64,000 nt of DNA, taken from Mytilus galloprovincialis (lineage: Eukaryota). A model generated the notes under the pieces. It was given only the letters and a program-made list of their open reading frames with translations. It made no database searches and had not been told where the DNA came from. The stretch lies in NCBI RefSeq assembly GCF_965363235.1, contig NC_134847.1, forward strand, positions 69,846,935-69,910,934, read 5' to 3'. This document shows positions 39,401 to 52,527 of the stretch, piece by piece. The position numbers were made by a program, and so were the translations under genes. Positions within the stretch are counted from its first letter, which is position 1; every line of letters begins with the position of its first letter.

Positions 39401-42400
39401 TAAGACTCACGGACCAAAATCTTTCGAAACAACTTACATGGCAGTAACAACCCTGCTAAATACCACCGCTGGTCAAACTACGAACTCTTCGATTAAGAAT
39501 AATAAACCAATGGAAATGACAGACACTATAGCTAGCTATGCAACTCCAAGGATAACATCGGCATTCAATTCCGACACGCAGACGATTGGCACTACAACAG
39601 ATGATATAACGATGGTCGACACAACAACTAGTGACGCTACTAATACAGCTGCAAAAACTATCAAACTCACCTCAATATCAAATTATGCTGGCACTTTTTC
39701 AAACACTGTTGGGACTACCACAGAAAAACATTTGACCAACACAGAAAGTACAACTACTGTATCGCAAAGTTACAGATCAACATCTGACGAAACCACACAC
39801 ACGACACCTACAATCTTCCTAAAGACAACTGCTGGTCAATCTACGGTCCGTCCAAATACTAACGATAAACCGACGGAAACGACGGAAACCATAGCTAGCG
39901 CAGAAACGCCAACAAAAACGACTACATCTATATCCAACACTCAGACGAACGTCTTTACAACAGATGATATAACGATGGTAGACACAACAACTAGTGACGC
40001 TACAGCTGCAAAAACTATCGAACTTCCCTCTATATCAAATTATGTTGGCACTACCTCAAAAATTGTTGGTACTACGACAGAAAAACATTTGAAAAACACA
40101 GAAGGTACAACAATTTTCTCTCAGCCTCACGGACCAAAATCTTACGATATTACACACACAGCACCTACAATCTTGTTAAAGACCACTGCTGGTCAATCTA
40201 CGGTCTCTCCGAATGATAAACCGACGGAAACGACGGAAACCATACCTAGCTCAGAAACGCCAACAAAAACGAATGAATCCATTTATGACACTCAGACAAT
40301 CGTCTTTACACCAGATGATACTACGATGATAGACACAACAACTAGTGAAGCTACTGTAACAGCTTCAAAAACCATCGAACTTACCTCGATATATAATACT
40401 GCTGGCATAACCCCAAGCACCATTGGTACTACCACCGATAAACATTTGACAAACGCAGATGGAACAATTACTCTTTCTGAGACTCATGGACCAACATCTG
40501 ACAAAACAACTTACACAGCACCAACAACTCTGCTAAAGACTACCACTGATACAGCTTTGGTCACTTCGCTTACTAATGAAAAATTGACAGAAAATATGGA
40601 AACCAAAGCTAGCTCGGAAACGCCAACAAAAACGTCTACACCCATATCTAACACCCAGACGATCGGCTTAACAACAGATGATACTACAATGACAGACACA
40701 ACATCTAGTGACGCTATTGAGACAGTCACAAAAACTATCCAACTTACCTCGATATCTAATACTGCTGGCATAACCACAAACACCATTGGTACTACCACCG
40801 ATAAATATTTGACAATCGCAGATGGAACAATTACTCTTTCTAAGACTCATGGACCAACATCTGACAAAACAACTTACACAGCACCAACAACTCTGCTAAA
40901 GACTACCACTGATACAGCTTTGGTCACTTCGAATTCTAATGACAAATTGACAGAAAATATGGAAATCAAAGCTACCTCGGAAACGCCAACAAAAACGTCT
41001 ACACCCATATCTAACACCCAGACAATCGGCTTAACAACAGATGATACTACAATGACAACCACAACATCTAGTGACGCTACTGACACAGTCATAAAAGTTA
41101 TCCAACTTACCTCGATATCTAATACTGCTGGCATAACCATTAGGACCATTGGTACTATCACCGATAAATATTTGACAAACGCAGATGGAACAATTACTCT
41201 TTCTGAGACTCATGGACCAACATCTGACAAATCAACTTACACAGCACCAACAACTCTGCTAAAGACTACCACTGATACAGCTTTTGTCACTTCAATTACT
41301 AATGACAAATTGACAGAAAATATGGAAATCAAAGCTAGCTCGGAAACGCCAACAAAAACGTCTACACCCATATCTAACACCCAGACGATCGGCTTAACAA
41401 CAGATGATACTACAATGACAGACACAACTTCTAGTGACGCTACTGACACAGTCACAAAAACTATCCAACTTACCTCGATATCTAATACTGCTGGCATAAC
41501 CACTAGGACCATTGGTACTATCACCGATAAATATTTGACAAACACAGAAGGTACAACTACTGTTTCTAAGACTCACGGACCATCATCTGACGAAACAACT
41601 TACATGGCAGTAACAACCCTGCTAAATACCACCGCTGGTCAAACTACGAACTCTTCGATTGATAATAATAAACCAATGGAAATGACAGACACTTTAGCTA
41701 GCTTAGCAACTCCAAGGATAACATCGGCATTCAATTCCGACAGGCAGACGATTGACACTACAAGAGATGATAGAACGATGGTCGACACAACAACTAGTGA
41801 CGCTACTAATACAGCTGCAAAAACTATCCAACTCACCTCAATATCAAATTATACTGGCACTTTTTCAAACACTGTTGGGACTACCACAGAAAAACAATTG
41901 ACCAAAACAGAAGGTACAACCACTGTATCGCAACGTCACAGAGCAACATCTGACGAAACCACACACGCGACACCTACAATCTTCCTAAAGACAACTGCTG
42001 GTCAATCTACGGTCCGTCCAAATATTAATGATAAACCGACGGAAACGACGGAAACCATAGCTAGCGCAAAAACGCCAACAAAAACGGCTACATTTATATC
42101 CAACACTCAGACGAACGTCTTTACAACAGATGATATAACGATGGTAGACACAACAACTAGTGACGCTACAGCTGCAAAAACTATCGAACTTCCCTCTATA
42201 TCAAATTATGCTGGCACTTTTTCAAACACTGTTGGGACTACCACAGAAAAACAATTGACCAAAACAGAAGGTGCAACTACTGTATCGCAACGTCACAGAG
42301 CAACATCTGACGAAACCACACACGCGACACCTACAATCTTCCTAAAGACAACTGCTGGTCAATCTACGGTCCGTCCAAATACTAATGATAAACCGACGGA

Positions 42401-45400
42401 AACCATAGCTAGCGCAGAAACGCCAACAAAAACGTCTACATCTATATCCGACACTCAGACGAACGTCTTTACAACAGATGATATAACGATGGTAGACACA
42501 ACAACTAGTGACGCTACAGCTGCAAAAACTATCGAACTTCCCTCTATATCAAATTATGCTGGCACTTTTTCAAACACTGTTGGTACTACCACAGAAAAAC
42601 AATTGACCAAAACAGAAGGTACAACTACTGTATCGCAACGTCACAGAGCAACATCTGACGAAACCACACACGCGACACCTACAATCTTCCTAAAGACAAC
42701 TGCTGGTCAATCTACGGTCCGTCCAAATACTAATAATAAAACGACGGAAACGACGGAAACCATACCTAGCTCAGAAATGCCAACAAAAACGAATGAATCC
42801 ATTTATGAAACACATACAATCGTCTTTACACCAGATGATACTACGATGATAGACACAACAACTAGTGAAGCTAGTGTAACAACTTCAAAAACCATCGAAC
42901 TTACCTCGATATATAATACTGCTGGCATAACCCTAAGCACCATTGGTACTACCACCGATAAACATTTGACAAACGCAGATGGAACAATTACTCTTTCTGA
43001 GACTCATGGACCAACATCTGACAAAACAACTTACACAGCACCAACAACTCTGCTAAAGACTACCACTGATACAGATTTGGTCACTTCGATTACTAATGAA
43101 AAATTGACAGAAAATATGGAAACCAAAGCTAGCTCGGAAACGCCAACAAAAACGTCTACACCCATATCTAACACCCAGACGATCGGCTTAACAACAGATG
43201 ATACTACAATGACAGACACAACATCTAGTGACGCTACTGACACAGTCACAAAAACTATCCAACTTACCTCGATATCTAATACTGCTTGCATAACCACAAA
43301 CACCATTGGTACTACCACCGATAAACATTTGACAAACGCAGATGGAACAATTACTCTTTCTGAGACTCATGGACCAACATCTGACAAAACAACTTACACA
43401 GCACCAACAACTCTGCTAAAGACTACCACTGATACAGCTTTGGTCACTTCGAATTCTAATGACAAATTGACAGAAAATATGGAAATCAAAGCTACCTCGG
43501 AAACGCCAACAAAAACGTCTACACCCATATCTAACACCCAGACAATCGGCTTAACAACAGATGATACTACAATGACAGCCACAACATCTAGTGACGCTAC
43601 TGACACAGTCATAAAAGCTATCCAACTTACCTCGATATCTAATACTGCTGGCATAACCACTAGGACCATTGGTACTATCACCGATAAATATTTGACAAAC
43701 GCAGATGGAACAATTACTCTTTCTGATACTCATGGACCAACATCTGACAAAACAACTTACACAGCACCAACAACTCTGCTAAAGACTACCACTGGTACAG
43801 CTTTGGTCACTTCGATTACTAATGAAAAATTGACAGAAAATATGGAAACCAAAGCTAGCTCGGAAACGCCAACAAAAACGTCTACATCCATATCTAACAC
43901 CCAGACGATCAGCTTAACAACAGATGATACTACAATGACAGACACAACATCTAGTAACGCTACTGACACAGTCACAAAATCTATCCAACTTACCTCGATA
44001 TCTAATACTGCTGGCATAACCACAAACACCATTGGTACTACCACCGATAAACTTTTGACAAACGCAGATGGAACAATTACTCTTTCTGAGACTCATGGAC
44101 CAACATCTGACAAAACAACTTACACAGCACCAACAACTCTGCTAAAGACTACCACTGATACAGCTTTGGTCACTTCGATTACTAATGACAAATTGACAGA
44201 AAATATGGAAATCAAAGCTACCTCGGAAACGCCAACAAAAACGTCTACACCCATATATAACACCCAGACGATCGGCTTAACAACAGATGATACTACAATG
44301 ACAGACACAACTTCTAGTGACGCTACTGACACAGTCACAAAAACTATCCAACTTACCTCGATATCTAATACTGCTGGCATAACCACTGGGACCATTGGTA
44401 CTATCACCGATAAATATTTGACAAACACAGAAGGTACAACTACTGTTTCTAAGACTCACGGACCATCATCTGACGAAACAACTTACATGGCAGTAACAAC
44501 CCTGCTAAATACCACCGCTGGTCAAACTACGAACTCTTCGATTGATAATAATAAACCAATGGAAATGACAGACACTATAGCTAGCTTAGCAACTCCAAGG
44601 ATAACATCGGCATTCAATTCCAACACGCAGACGATTGGCACTACAACAGATGATATAACGATGGTCGATACAGCAACTAGTGACGCTACTAATACAGCTG
44701 CAAAAACTATCAAATTCAGCTCAATATCAAATTATGCTGGCACTTTTTCAAACACTGTTGGGACTACCACAGAAAAACAATTGACCAAAACAGAAGGTAC
44801 AACTACTGTATCGCAACGTCACGGAGCAACATCTGACGAAACCACACACACGACACCTACAATCTCCCTAAAGACAACTGGTGGTCAATCTACGGTCTCT
44901 CCAAATACTAATGATAAACCGACGGAAACGACGGAAACCATAGCTAGCGCAGAAACGCCAACAAAAACGACTACATCTATATCCGACACTCAGACGAACG
45001 TCTTTACAACAGATGTTATAACGATGGTAGACACAACAACTAGTGACGCTACAGCTGTAAAAACTATCGAACTTACCTCTATATCAAATTATGTTGGCAC
45101 TACCTCAAAAACTGTTGGTACTACGACAGAAAAACCTTTGAAAAACACAGAAGGTACAACAATTGTCTCTCAGCCTCACGGACCAAAATCTTACGAAATT
45201 ACACACACATCACCTACAATCTTGTTAAAGACCACTGTTGGTCAATCTACGGTCTCTCCGAATGATAAACCGACGGAATTGACGGAAACCATACCTAGCT
45301 CAGAAACGCCAACAAAAACGAATGAAGCCATTTATGACACTCAGACAATCGTCTTTACACCAGATGATACTACGATGATAGACACAACAACTAGTGAAGC

Positions 45401-45695
45401 TACTGTAACAGCTGCAAAAACCATCGAACTTACCTCGATATATAATACTGCTGGCATAACCACAAGCACCATTGGTACTACCACCGATAAACATTTGACA
45501 AACACAGATGGAACAACTACTCTTTCTGAGACTCATGGACCAACATACGACGAAACAACTTCGGTCACTTCGATTACTAATGATAAATTGACGGAAAATA
45601 CGGAAGCCATAGCTATCTCGGAAACGCCAACAAAAACGACTACAGCCATATCTAACACTTGTCTTTCAGTTTTTGGTGTTGTGTTTTGTATATGA
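36418..45695 (+). CDS. Exon 3: giant mucin-like Thr/Ser-rich tandem-repeat exon with hydrophobic C-terminal tail
   Basis: A 9.2 kb open frame (ORF track 36510-45695) remains open upstream to a ttttcAG acceptor at 36416-36417. About 3090 codons are dominated by T, S, P, K and D, with a recurring 121-aa unit (TPTKTSTPISNTQTIGLTTDDTTMTDTTSSDATDTVTKTIQLTSISNTAGITTRTIGTITDKYLTNADGTITLSETHGPTSDKTTYTAPTTLLKTTTDTALVTS...). The repeat body has essentially no Cys. The exon terminates ...AISNTCLSVFGVVFCI*. Confidence 0.8.
36800..45650 (+). repeat. Coding tandem repeat array, 363 bp unit (variants 354-369 bp), about 25 copies, with 2.2-2.9 kb higher-order repeats
   Basis: Reverse-strand ORF artefacts recur at exactly 363 nt spacing (40511/40874/41237 and 43031/43394/43757/44120). 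Near-identical blocks of about 240 aa recur three times (starting near aa 940, 1660 and 2620). Units at the edges of the array are more divergent than the central ones. Confidence 0.85.
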
Positions 45696-46726
45696 CTGAC
45701 GTTGTTTATCATCTTAATAACGTGTTATATTATTCTTTTATTTTTCTTTATTAATATTACTTTTACTGTTAAGTCTGTTTTTTAGATATCCTTTTGACGA
45801 AACTTTGTGCTTATGTATCCCATCATACTTTGAACGACAAAATTATTTTATGATGTGACTCTGTACCTATGTTTCTTGTCATACTTTGAATGACAAAATT
45901 ATTTTATTTATCAATATTACTTTAAATTTACTGTTATGTTAACACGAATAATTCAGTCGTTATATTCCGCTTACTACATTACAAGTAGGAGAGATCGATT
46001 ACGGGGAGGGACTGAATTATTCGGGTTACTGTTACGTCTGTTTTTTTGTGATATACATTTGACGTGACTCTGTATTTATGTATCCCGTCATACTTTTAAC
46101 CACACTATTATTCTATTTATTATTATTACTCTTACTGTTAAGTCTGTATTGTTATATCCATTTTACGTGACTGTATTTATGTATCCCGTCATACTTTGAA
46201 CGACAAAATTATTTCATTTCTACCTGTGCGAATTTCATACGCGCAATTTTACACCAGTACTTAAAACCCTCCATCCTTTATGGTTGCATTTTACATAAAT
46301 TAATAAAATCGTATAATATAAGCAAAATGAGGATGTTAAATTTGATGTATGCCTTTTTGTGCTTCTTCGTTACATTTGTTGTTTTTATAGTGATTAATTA
46401 AGATGATAACACAATGTTGACTGCTGTACCCCATTTTTGACATTTTTACCTATTGTGTCTGTTTGTTTTATTCACGCATCGGTGACAATATAATGGAATT
46501 TGATGCGACTGTCATACAAATGAGAGGTTTAGCTAGCTATAAAACCAGTTTCAATACACCATTTTCTACATTTTAAAATGCCTGTACCAAGTCAGGAATA
46601 GGACAGTTCTTTTCCATTCGTTTTTGATACGTTTTGTTATTTGATTTTGCTATGTGATTATGGACTTTCCGAATTGGTTTTCCTCTAAGTTCCGTATTTT
46701 TGTCATTTTACTTTTTACACTCAGAC

Positions 46727-47290
46727 GATCGGCTTTACAACAGATTATACTTCGATGACAGACAAAACAACTACCACCGATAAACATTTGACAAACACAG
46801 ATGAAACAACTACTCTTTCTGAGACTCATGGACCAACATCTGACGAAACAACTTACACGGCAGCAACAACCCTGTTAAAGACAACCGCTGATCCAGCTTC
46901 GGTCAATTCGATTGCTAATGATAAATTGACGGAAAATACGGAAATCATAGCTAACTTTGAAACGCCAAGAAAAACGTCTACACCCATATCTGACACGCAG
47001 ACGATCGGCTTCACAACAGACGATACTACGATGACAAACACAACTAGTAGATAAGCTACTGTTACAGCTGCAAAAACCATCCAACTTACCTCGATGTCTT
47101 ATACTGCTAGCATAGCCACAAGGATCATTGGCACAATCACCGATAAATATTTCACAAACACAGAAGGTACAACTACTGTTTCTCAGCCTCACGGACAAAC
47201 ATCTGACGAAACCACACACACAGCAGCAACAAACCTGCTAAAGACCACCGCTGATCAAGCTTCGGTCTCTCCGAGTACTAATGATTAACC
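46727..47290 (+). pseudogene. Degenerate relic of mucin repeat units about 1 kb downstream of the gene stop
   Basis: ORFs 46755-47054 and 47094-47288 translate to the same repeat consensus (TDKHLTNTDETTTLSETHGPTSDETTYTAATTLLKTTADPASV...ISDTQTIGFTTDDTTMT) but are interrupted by in-frame TAA stops (about 47052 and 47286). The relic begins mid-repeat after an acceptor-like sequence. Confidence 0.7.
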
Positions 47291-47952
47291 GACGGAAACG
47301 ACTTCGTTAATACCGTAAATTGGGAAATTTTGGCGTCGCGATATTTTGGCTGTTTTCTCTCAAAAATCATTTGTTTTATTTTGGTGTTTCGTTCAATTTA
47401 TATGTTTAATTTATTAGCAACAATAGTGATCAATTTATATGTGCTTCTATTAACCCGTTTATTGACAAAATATCATTGAATTTCTCAAACTAAAAACAAG
47501 ACAAAATTAACTTATGAAGGAATCAGATACGGATGCAATTGCAAATAATTCCATATATCGAAATAGAAATATGAAAAAAAGGAACATTAAAACAACTTTT
47601 TTATTAGATTATTTTTACAAAAATCATTTTAAAATTTAATCCTTATGCCTCTGGCAATAAGTTGAAGATAAAAGATTAGAAGAAGGTTTGATGTTCTAAT
47701 TGTCAATAACGACGTCTAATCAGTAATAGCCTGGCATATTCGTGACTTGTGTGAATATTTCATGTTTTGTTTTCTTAACGATTTAGGAAAATACAATTCA
47801 ATTCAATGTTTTATTAAAGTCTCATCTCTCAACAAGTACAATCAATCTTTATACATTGTAAAATAACACTAAATAAAATAAGAGCCATTCTATACAGAAT
47901 TATAAGAGACTATTAAAATGCATAGATATAATACACAATATGAAATAAAATA

Positions 47953-49871
47953 CTATTTACAATAAATAAAATTTCTACGTCTTTTAAAAATCAAATGACA
48001 GGTTTTGGCACACACACGTATCATATTTACATCTGAGAATAAAAACACTAACTTTTGATTATCATCTAAAGTATTAAAATTATCATTAAAAGTTTCAGCA
48101 ACATAATATAAATGGTTTCTAAAATCGTCATACAGAGGACATTTTAATAAAACATGCGCTTCATCGTCAATAAAAACGTCACATATATGGCACATTCTAT
48201 TTTCTAAAACAATATTTTCATATCTCCCTGTTTCAATTCTTAGGGGAGCAACACCATATCTAAATTTGGCGAAAGCACTTCTGTGACTGAAGGGTAAAGC
48301 TATTTTACAATATTCCTCCGATTCAAAATTTTCCTTAAACAGTCTGTAAGTTCGTAGCTTATTGCCACCTCTGTCGGATATAGATTTATCTAAATGTAAA
48401 ACACCATGCCAATTATCGACATGTTTTTCGTGTAATTTTGACATAATTTTTTTTATAACATAGTTAGTGTCCATATTTTCAGGACACGATAAATGACTTA
48501 AATTTAGTTTACTATTAGCCCACTTGTGAACTTTTGCATTTAACCGATTTAAGCTCATGTTATTTAATCTACACCACAAACGAATAATACTTTTCCACTG
48601 CTTATCAAAAATAGGTGTTATACCTAAGTCTCCAGTAACTGCAGCATTTGGTGCATATTTTCCTACTCCGAGAAAAAATCTACAAGCCCTAGTATGTATG
48701 GAGTTAATACAAGAATATGTTTTTACACCCCATATACCTGCTCCATATTCTATTATAGGACAAACCAAACTTTCATATAATTTTACAAATACATCGAAAC
48801 AAACACCACCTAAAAGTTTACATTTGGCTATTACCAACCCTAAAGCTCTATTTGCCGAAGATGCAACGGCTTTTGCAGTAACATTATAGTCTAAATGCTC
48901 GTTTAAAACGAGACCAAGATAAGTATAATTACTAGAAAAATTAATAGTATGACCATTACAATTAAAAATTACATCAGATCTAGGTATAGATGGCGGTCTA
49001 AAATGTACAACGTTACTCTTGTTTACATTAATTGTCATACATTGTTTTCACACCATGTAGATAAAGCATTTAACAGAAGTTGAAGCTCTTTTTCATCGTT
49101 TGCTATAATTACAACGTCATCAGCATATAATAAAATACACAGTTTTTCATCACCTATTTCTATTCCGCAGTCAAAGGACTTAAGAAATGTAACTAAATCA
49201 TTAATATACAAGTTGAACAAAATGGGCGACAAGGGACATCCTTGTTTCAAGCCACAGTTAACATCAAACCAGTCTGTGAAATGACCGTTTATTCTTACAG
49301 AACATAAAACATTTGTATAAATTGACTTAATAGCAGAACAAAAAGGCTGTGCAACACCCATGTTATTCAATTTATACCACAAAATATCCCTTTGTATAGT
49401 GTCGTAAGCCTTTTTAAAATCTATAAAGGCGCAAAATGTTGATTTACGAAGTTTTTTTCTTACATCTATCAAATTAGTAAGACTAGATAATTGGTCAATT
49501 GTACTACTTTGTTGCCGGAAACCATTCTGCTCGTCAGCCAGTACATTGTTATCATCTACCCATTGAGCTAATCTATCGCTCAGTATATTACAATACAATT
49601 TGTAAGACACGGCTGCCAGGGCGATCCCTCTATAACAAAGGGGGTCTCTCGGGTCCGACATGTTAGATTTAGGAATAGGATTTATAATAATTCTATTCCA
49701 TAAATCTGGAACATTACCATATCTAAAACAAATATCTTTGGTATCACCTCGGAGGTTCTTACGAGTTACCGGTCCTTGGTATGGTGACATGAAATTTTGA
49801 ACGAGAAAAAAATGTGAAAAAGGTGAAAAACATCTAATTTTGAGATATGTAAAAGATTGAAAATAGTCCAA
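47953..49871 (-). mobile_element. 5'-truncated non-LTR (LINE) retrotransposon, CR1/L2-like RT, minus strand
   Basis: ORF 49035-49871 carries RT domains (FRQQSSTIDQL, CAFIDFKKAYDTI, GLKQGCPLSPILFNLYINDL, LLYADDVVII). The abutting ORF 47953-49038 carries the RT thumb and a C-terminal Cys/His motif (CHICDVFIDDEAHVLLKCPLY). The two ORFs overlap by 4 nt, indicating a frameshift. No endonuclease domain lies upstream of the RT, which indicates 5' truncation. Confidence 0.75.
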
Positions 49872-51214
49872 AAGTTATATATAGAATTTATAAGAATCCA
49901 CAAATAGTAAATTCCACTACGCGATTGAATGATTTTGACGTTTATGGTTCAACGTATTTTGTAATTCATAATAGAAATATATCATAATGACATAAACTGG
50001 AACAATATCATACTGACGGGATCTTTTGAAGTACAGAGTCACGTTATAAGAACCAAAGAAATACAAAAAGTCGCATATACAAAGCACGACACCAAAAATT
50101 GAAAGACAATACAAACACATTGACGAGATGTACAAGTACCGAGCCACGCCAAACGGATATCACATAAAACCATTCAACAGTAAAAGTAATATTAATAATA
50201 GAACAAAGACAAATGAAAGAACTATAAAACACGTTGTTAAGATGATAAACAACATCAGTACGCAGAATCTATACATCAAGACCATCGTGTATTATTTGTG
50301 AAGTTGATACGGAATATTTATCAACAAGGTCTTGGTACCTTCCGATGAACTTTTTTAGAAAAAGGACGAGACGTTCTTTGACATACCCCTGGTTCATTAA
50401 CTTTCTACTCAGACACTGATGACGTTTTACAAAGTCTGAGTAGGAGCTGCAAGCTCTTTAATATCGAATAAGTTGGGAAATATATATCACATATGCAGGT
50501 AAAGTTGGTATATTGCTACTAAGGTGGGGGAAATTTATAATTTCAAAATTAAAATCGTCTCGTTTGTAATAGATTCTGGTACTGAGATGACTGTTTAAGT
50601 CAAATTCGAGATATAAGTCTAAAAATGAGGCGGAGGAAGCCGTGTCTGTTGTTTCTTTAATATCTAGTTCTGGGGGATATATTTATGGAACCTAATCAGA
50701 AAAGTTCGGATTGTTTATGGAAAGAACATCATCAATATATCTGAAAGTGAAATTAAATAATCTGGCAATTTTACACAAATACCAAATTGAAATCTACGCT
50801 GGCTATGGTTTGAAACCGTATTTGAAATTAAGTAGGGCGTCTATATAAAGTTAGGTCTTAATGGATTTATACAGAATCAAATGTGAATTATCAACGAACA
50901 TACTACATATTAGTCTGACTCGGAGGGCTCCCTGTGTTGTAATTTTGAAACTATTTCATAAAGCATTAACCATCAAGCATAATACATATTAGTCTAACTA
51001 GAAGGGCTTTCTGTGTTGTAATTTTGATACTATTAATATAGCAATGACCATATGATCGACTTGTAAATTTAATTGTATGCCTTATTCTGACTCAAAGCGG
51101 AGAGTATAATTGTGAAACGTCGAAGGCATACAAGCTATTCTGTTTAAAAAATGTCTAACTGGTTTGGTATTTAAATATCGATCAAACAATTTAAATTTTT
51201 AATGTGTTTATTCC

Positions 51215-52527
51215 ATATATATATATATATGTGTGTAACACTCCCAAACGTGTCCTTCCCCCCAAACGTGTCCGATTCCCCCATACGTGTCTATTCTCAC
51301 CAAACGTGTCCATAATATTCAATATTCCCCAAACGTGTCCGATTTCAGAACCCCAAACGTGCCCGATACTATTGTTATTCGCCCAAACGTGTCCACTTTT
51401 AAACGCCAGAACGTCTCGTGTCTTTTGCGCTAATACATGTCCTAAACGCGACATCAATAACGTTCACGGCAGTTCTATGATGGGGACACAGGTGATGAAG
51501 TGGTAATTTATTAACATTAACTTGTTCAATGCCGGTTGTTAATGATTATCATTACTGAAATTTAACATATGCATTAACTTTTGACTTAATTTGCTTATTG
51601 TCCAGTTGCAAGTATTTCATACTCATTTAAAGCGAACATACAAATAATTCTAGTATAGTTGAATTAATCGTTTACTATGTAAATTCTTTTATACTAATAA
51701 GCTCCGATGATGCCTTTTATATTAATCAGAATATTCCACGGTGGGCTCTCAGTCGAATTGACCTCCCATCTTTTTTTAACAGTTCTAATTTTAATAAATT
51801 TTAGGTTACGAGCGTCACTAAAGACACACGAACAAGAGAAATAACGTCCAGTGCCAAATATTTCATTCGTTTTTTGAACGATATCATATTAACGATATAT
51901 ACTGTAAATAGGTTATATTATCAAACCGGGAATTTAAAATTGGGCATTAATTTTTACGGTTATTTGGGATGACCACTAGTTTGGATTTTAATCTAAAGAA
52001 AAATAAATGCGAGTAAAGACCGATTTGTTTATGACTTCAGTAAGAAACTACTTCAATGTCTGTTATGTAATATAGAGGCCGTTTCAAATAAAAGTTGTAG
52101 AAATTAAAAAAAAAATTTGCCTTCCAAAATACAAAGTATGGCACATTATAACGAGTGAAATGCTACAAACATTTTAATGGGCATAGAAAAAGAATTTAAG
52201 TAATTTATTTTGATCTTTTAATGAAATAGTAAAAGATCATAAAATGAGTATACAATGATAATAATAAAAAAAAAACACAAATAACCTACGTTTTTATAAT
52301 ATGGACACGAATGATAGTTTCAGTAAAATAAAAAAAAGCTTGGTATCGACACGTTTGGGGGATTGGACACGACTGGGGGTTTATTAAAAAATGGACACGT
52401 TTGAGCCTTTATACAAATGACACGCTTTGGCGCCCTTTGACAACTAGACATGTCTTTGCAGTTCAGTGACGTCGATGTGGACACGTTTGGGGGAATCAGA
52501 CACGTTTGGGGGGTTACATATATACGA
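51215..52527. mobile_element. Second copy of the CCAAACGTGTCC-array element (within segmental duplication B)
   Basis: It has the same termini and 12-mer arrays as 23185-24500. Confidence 0.6.

Noticed and set aside
37431-47219. Many minus-strand ORFs of 60-114 aa inside the mucin exon and its downstream relic (for example 39071-39379, 40511-40798, 43031-43318, 44120-44428, 45300-45536 and 46875-47219), with V/I/S-rich or Cys-rich translations
   Set aside because: They are reverse-complement and frame-shifted readings of the Thr-codon-rich (ACN) tandem repeat. They recur at the 363 bp repeat period and have no independent start or splice signals.
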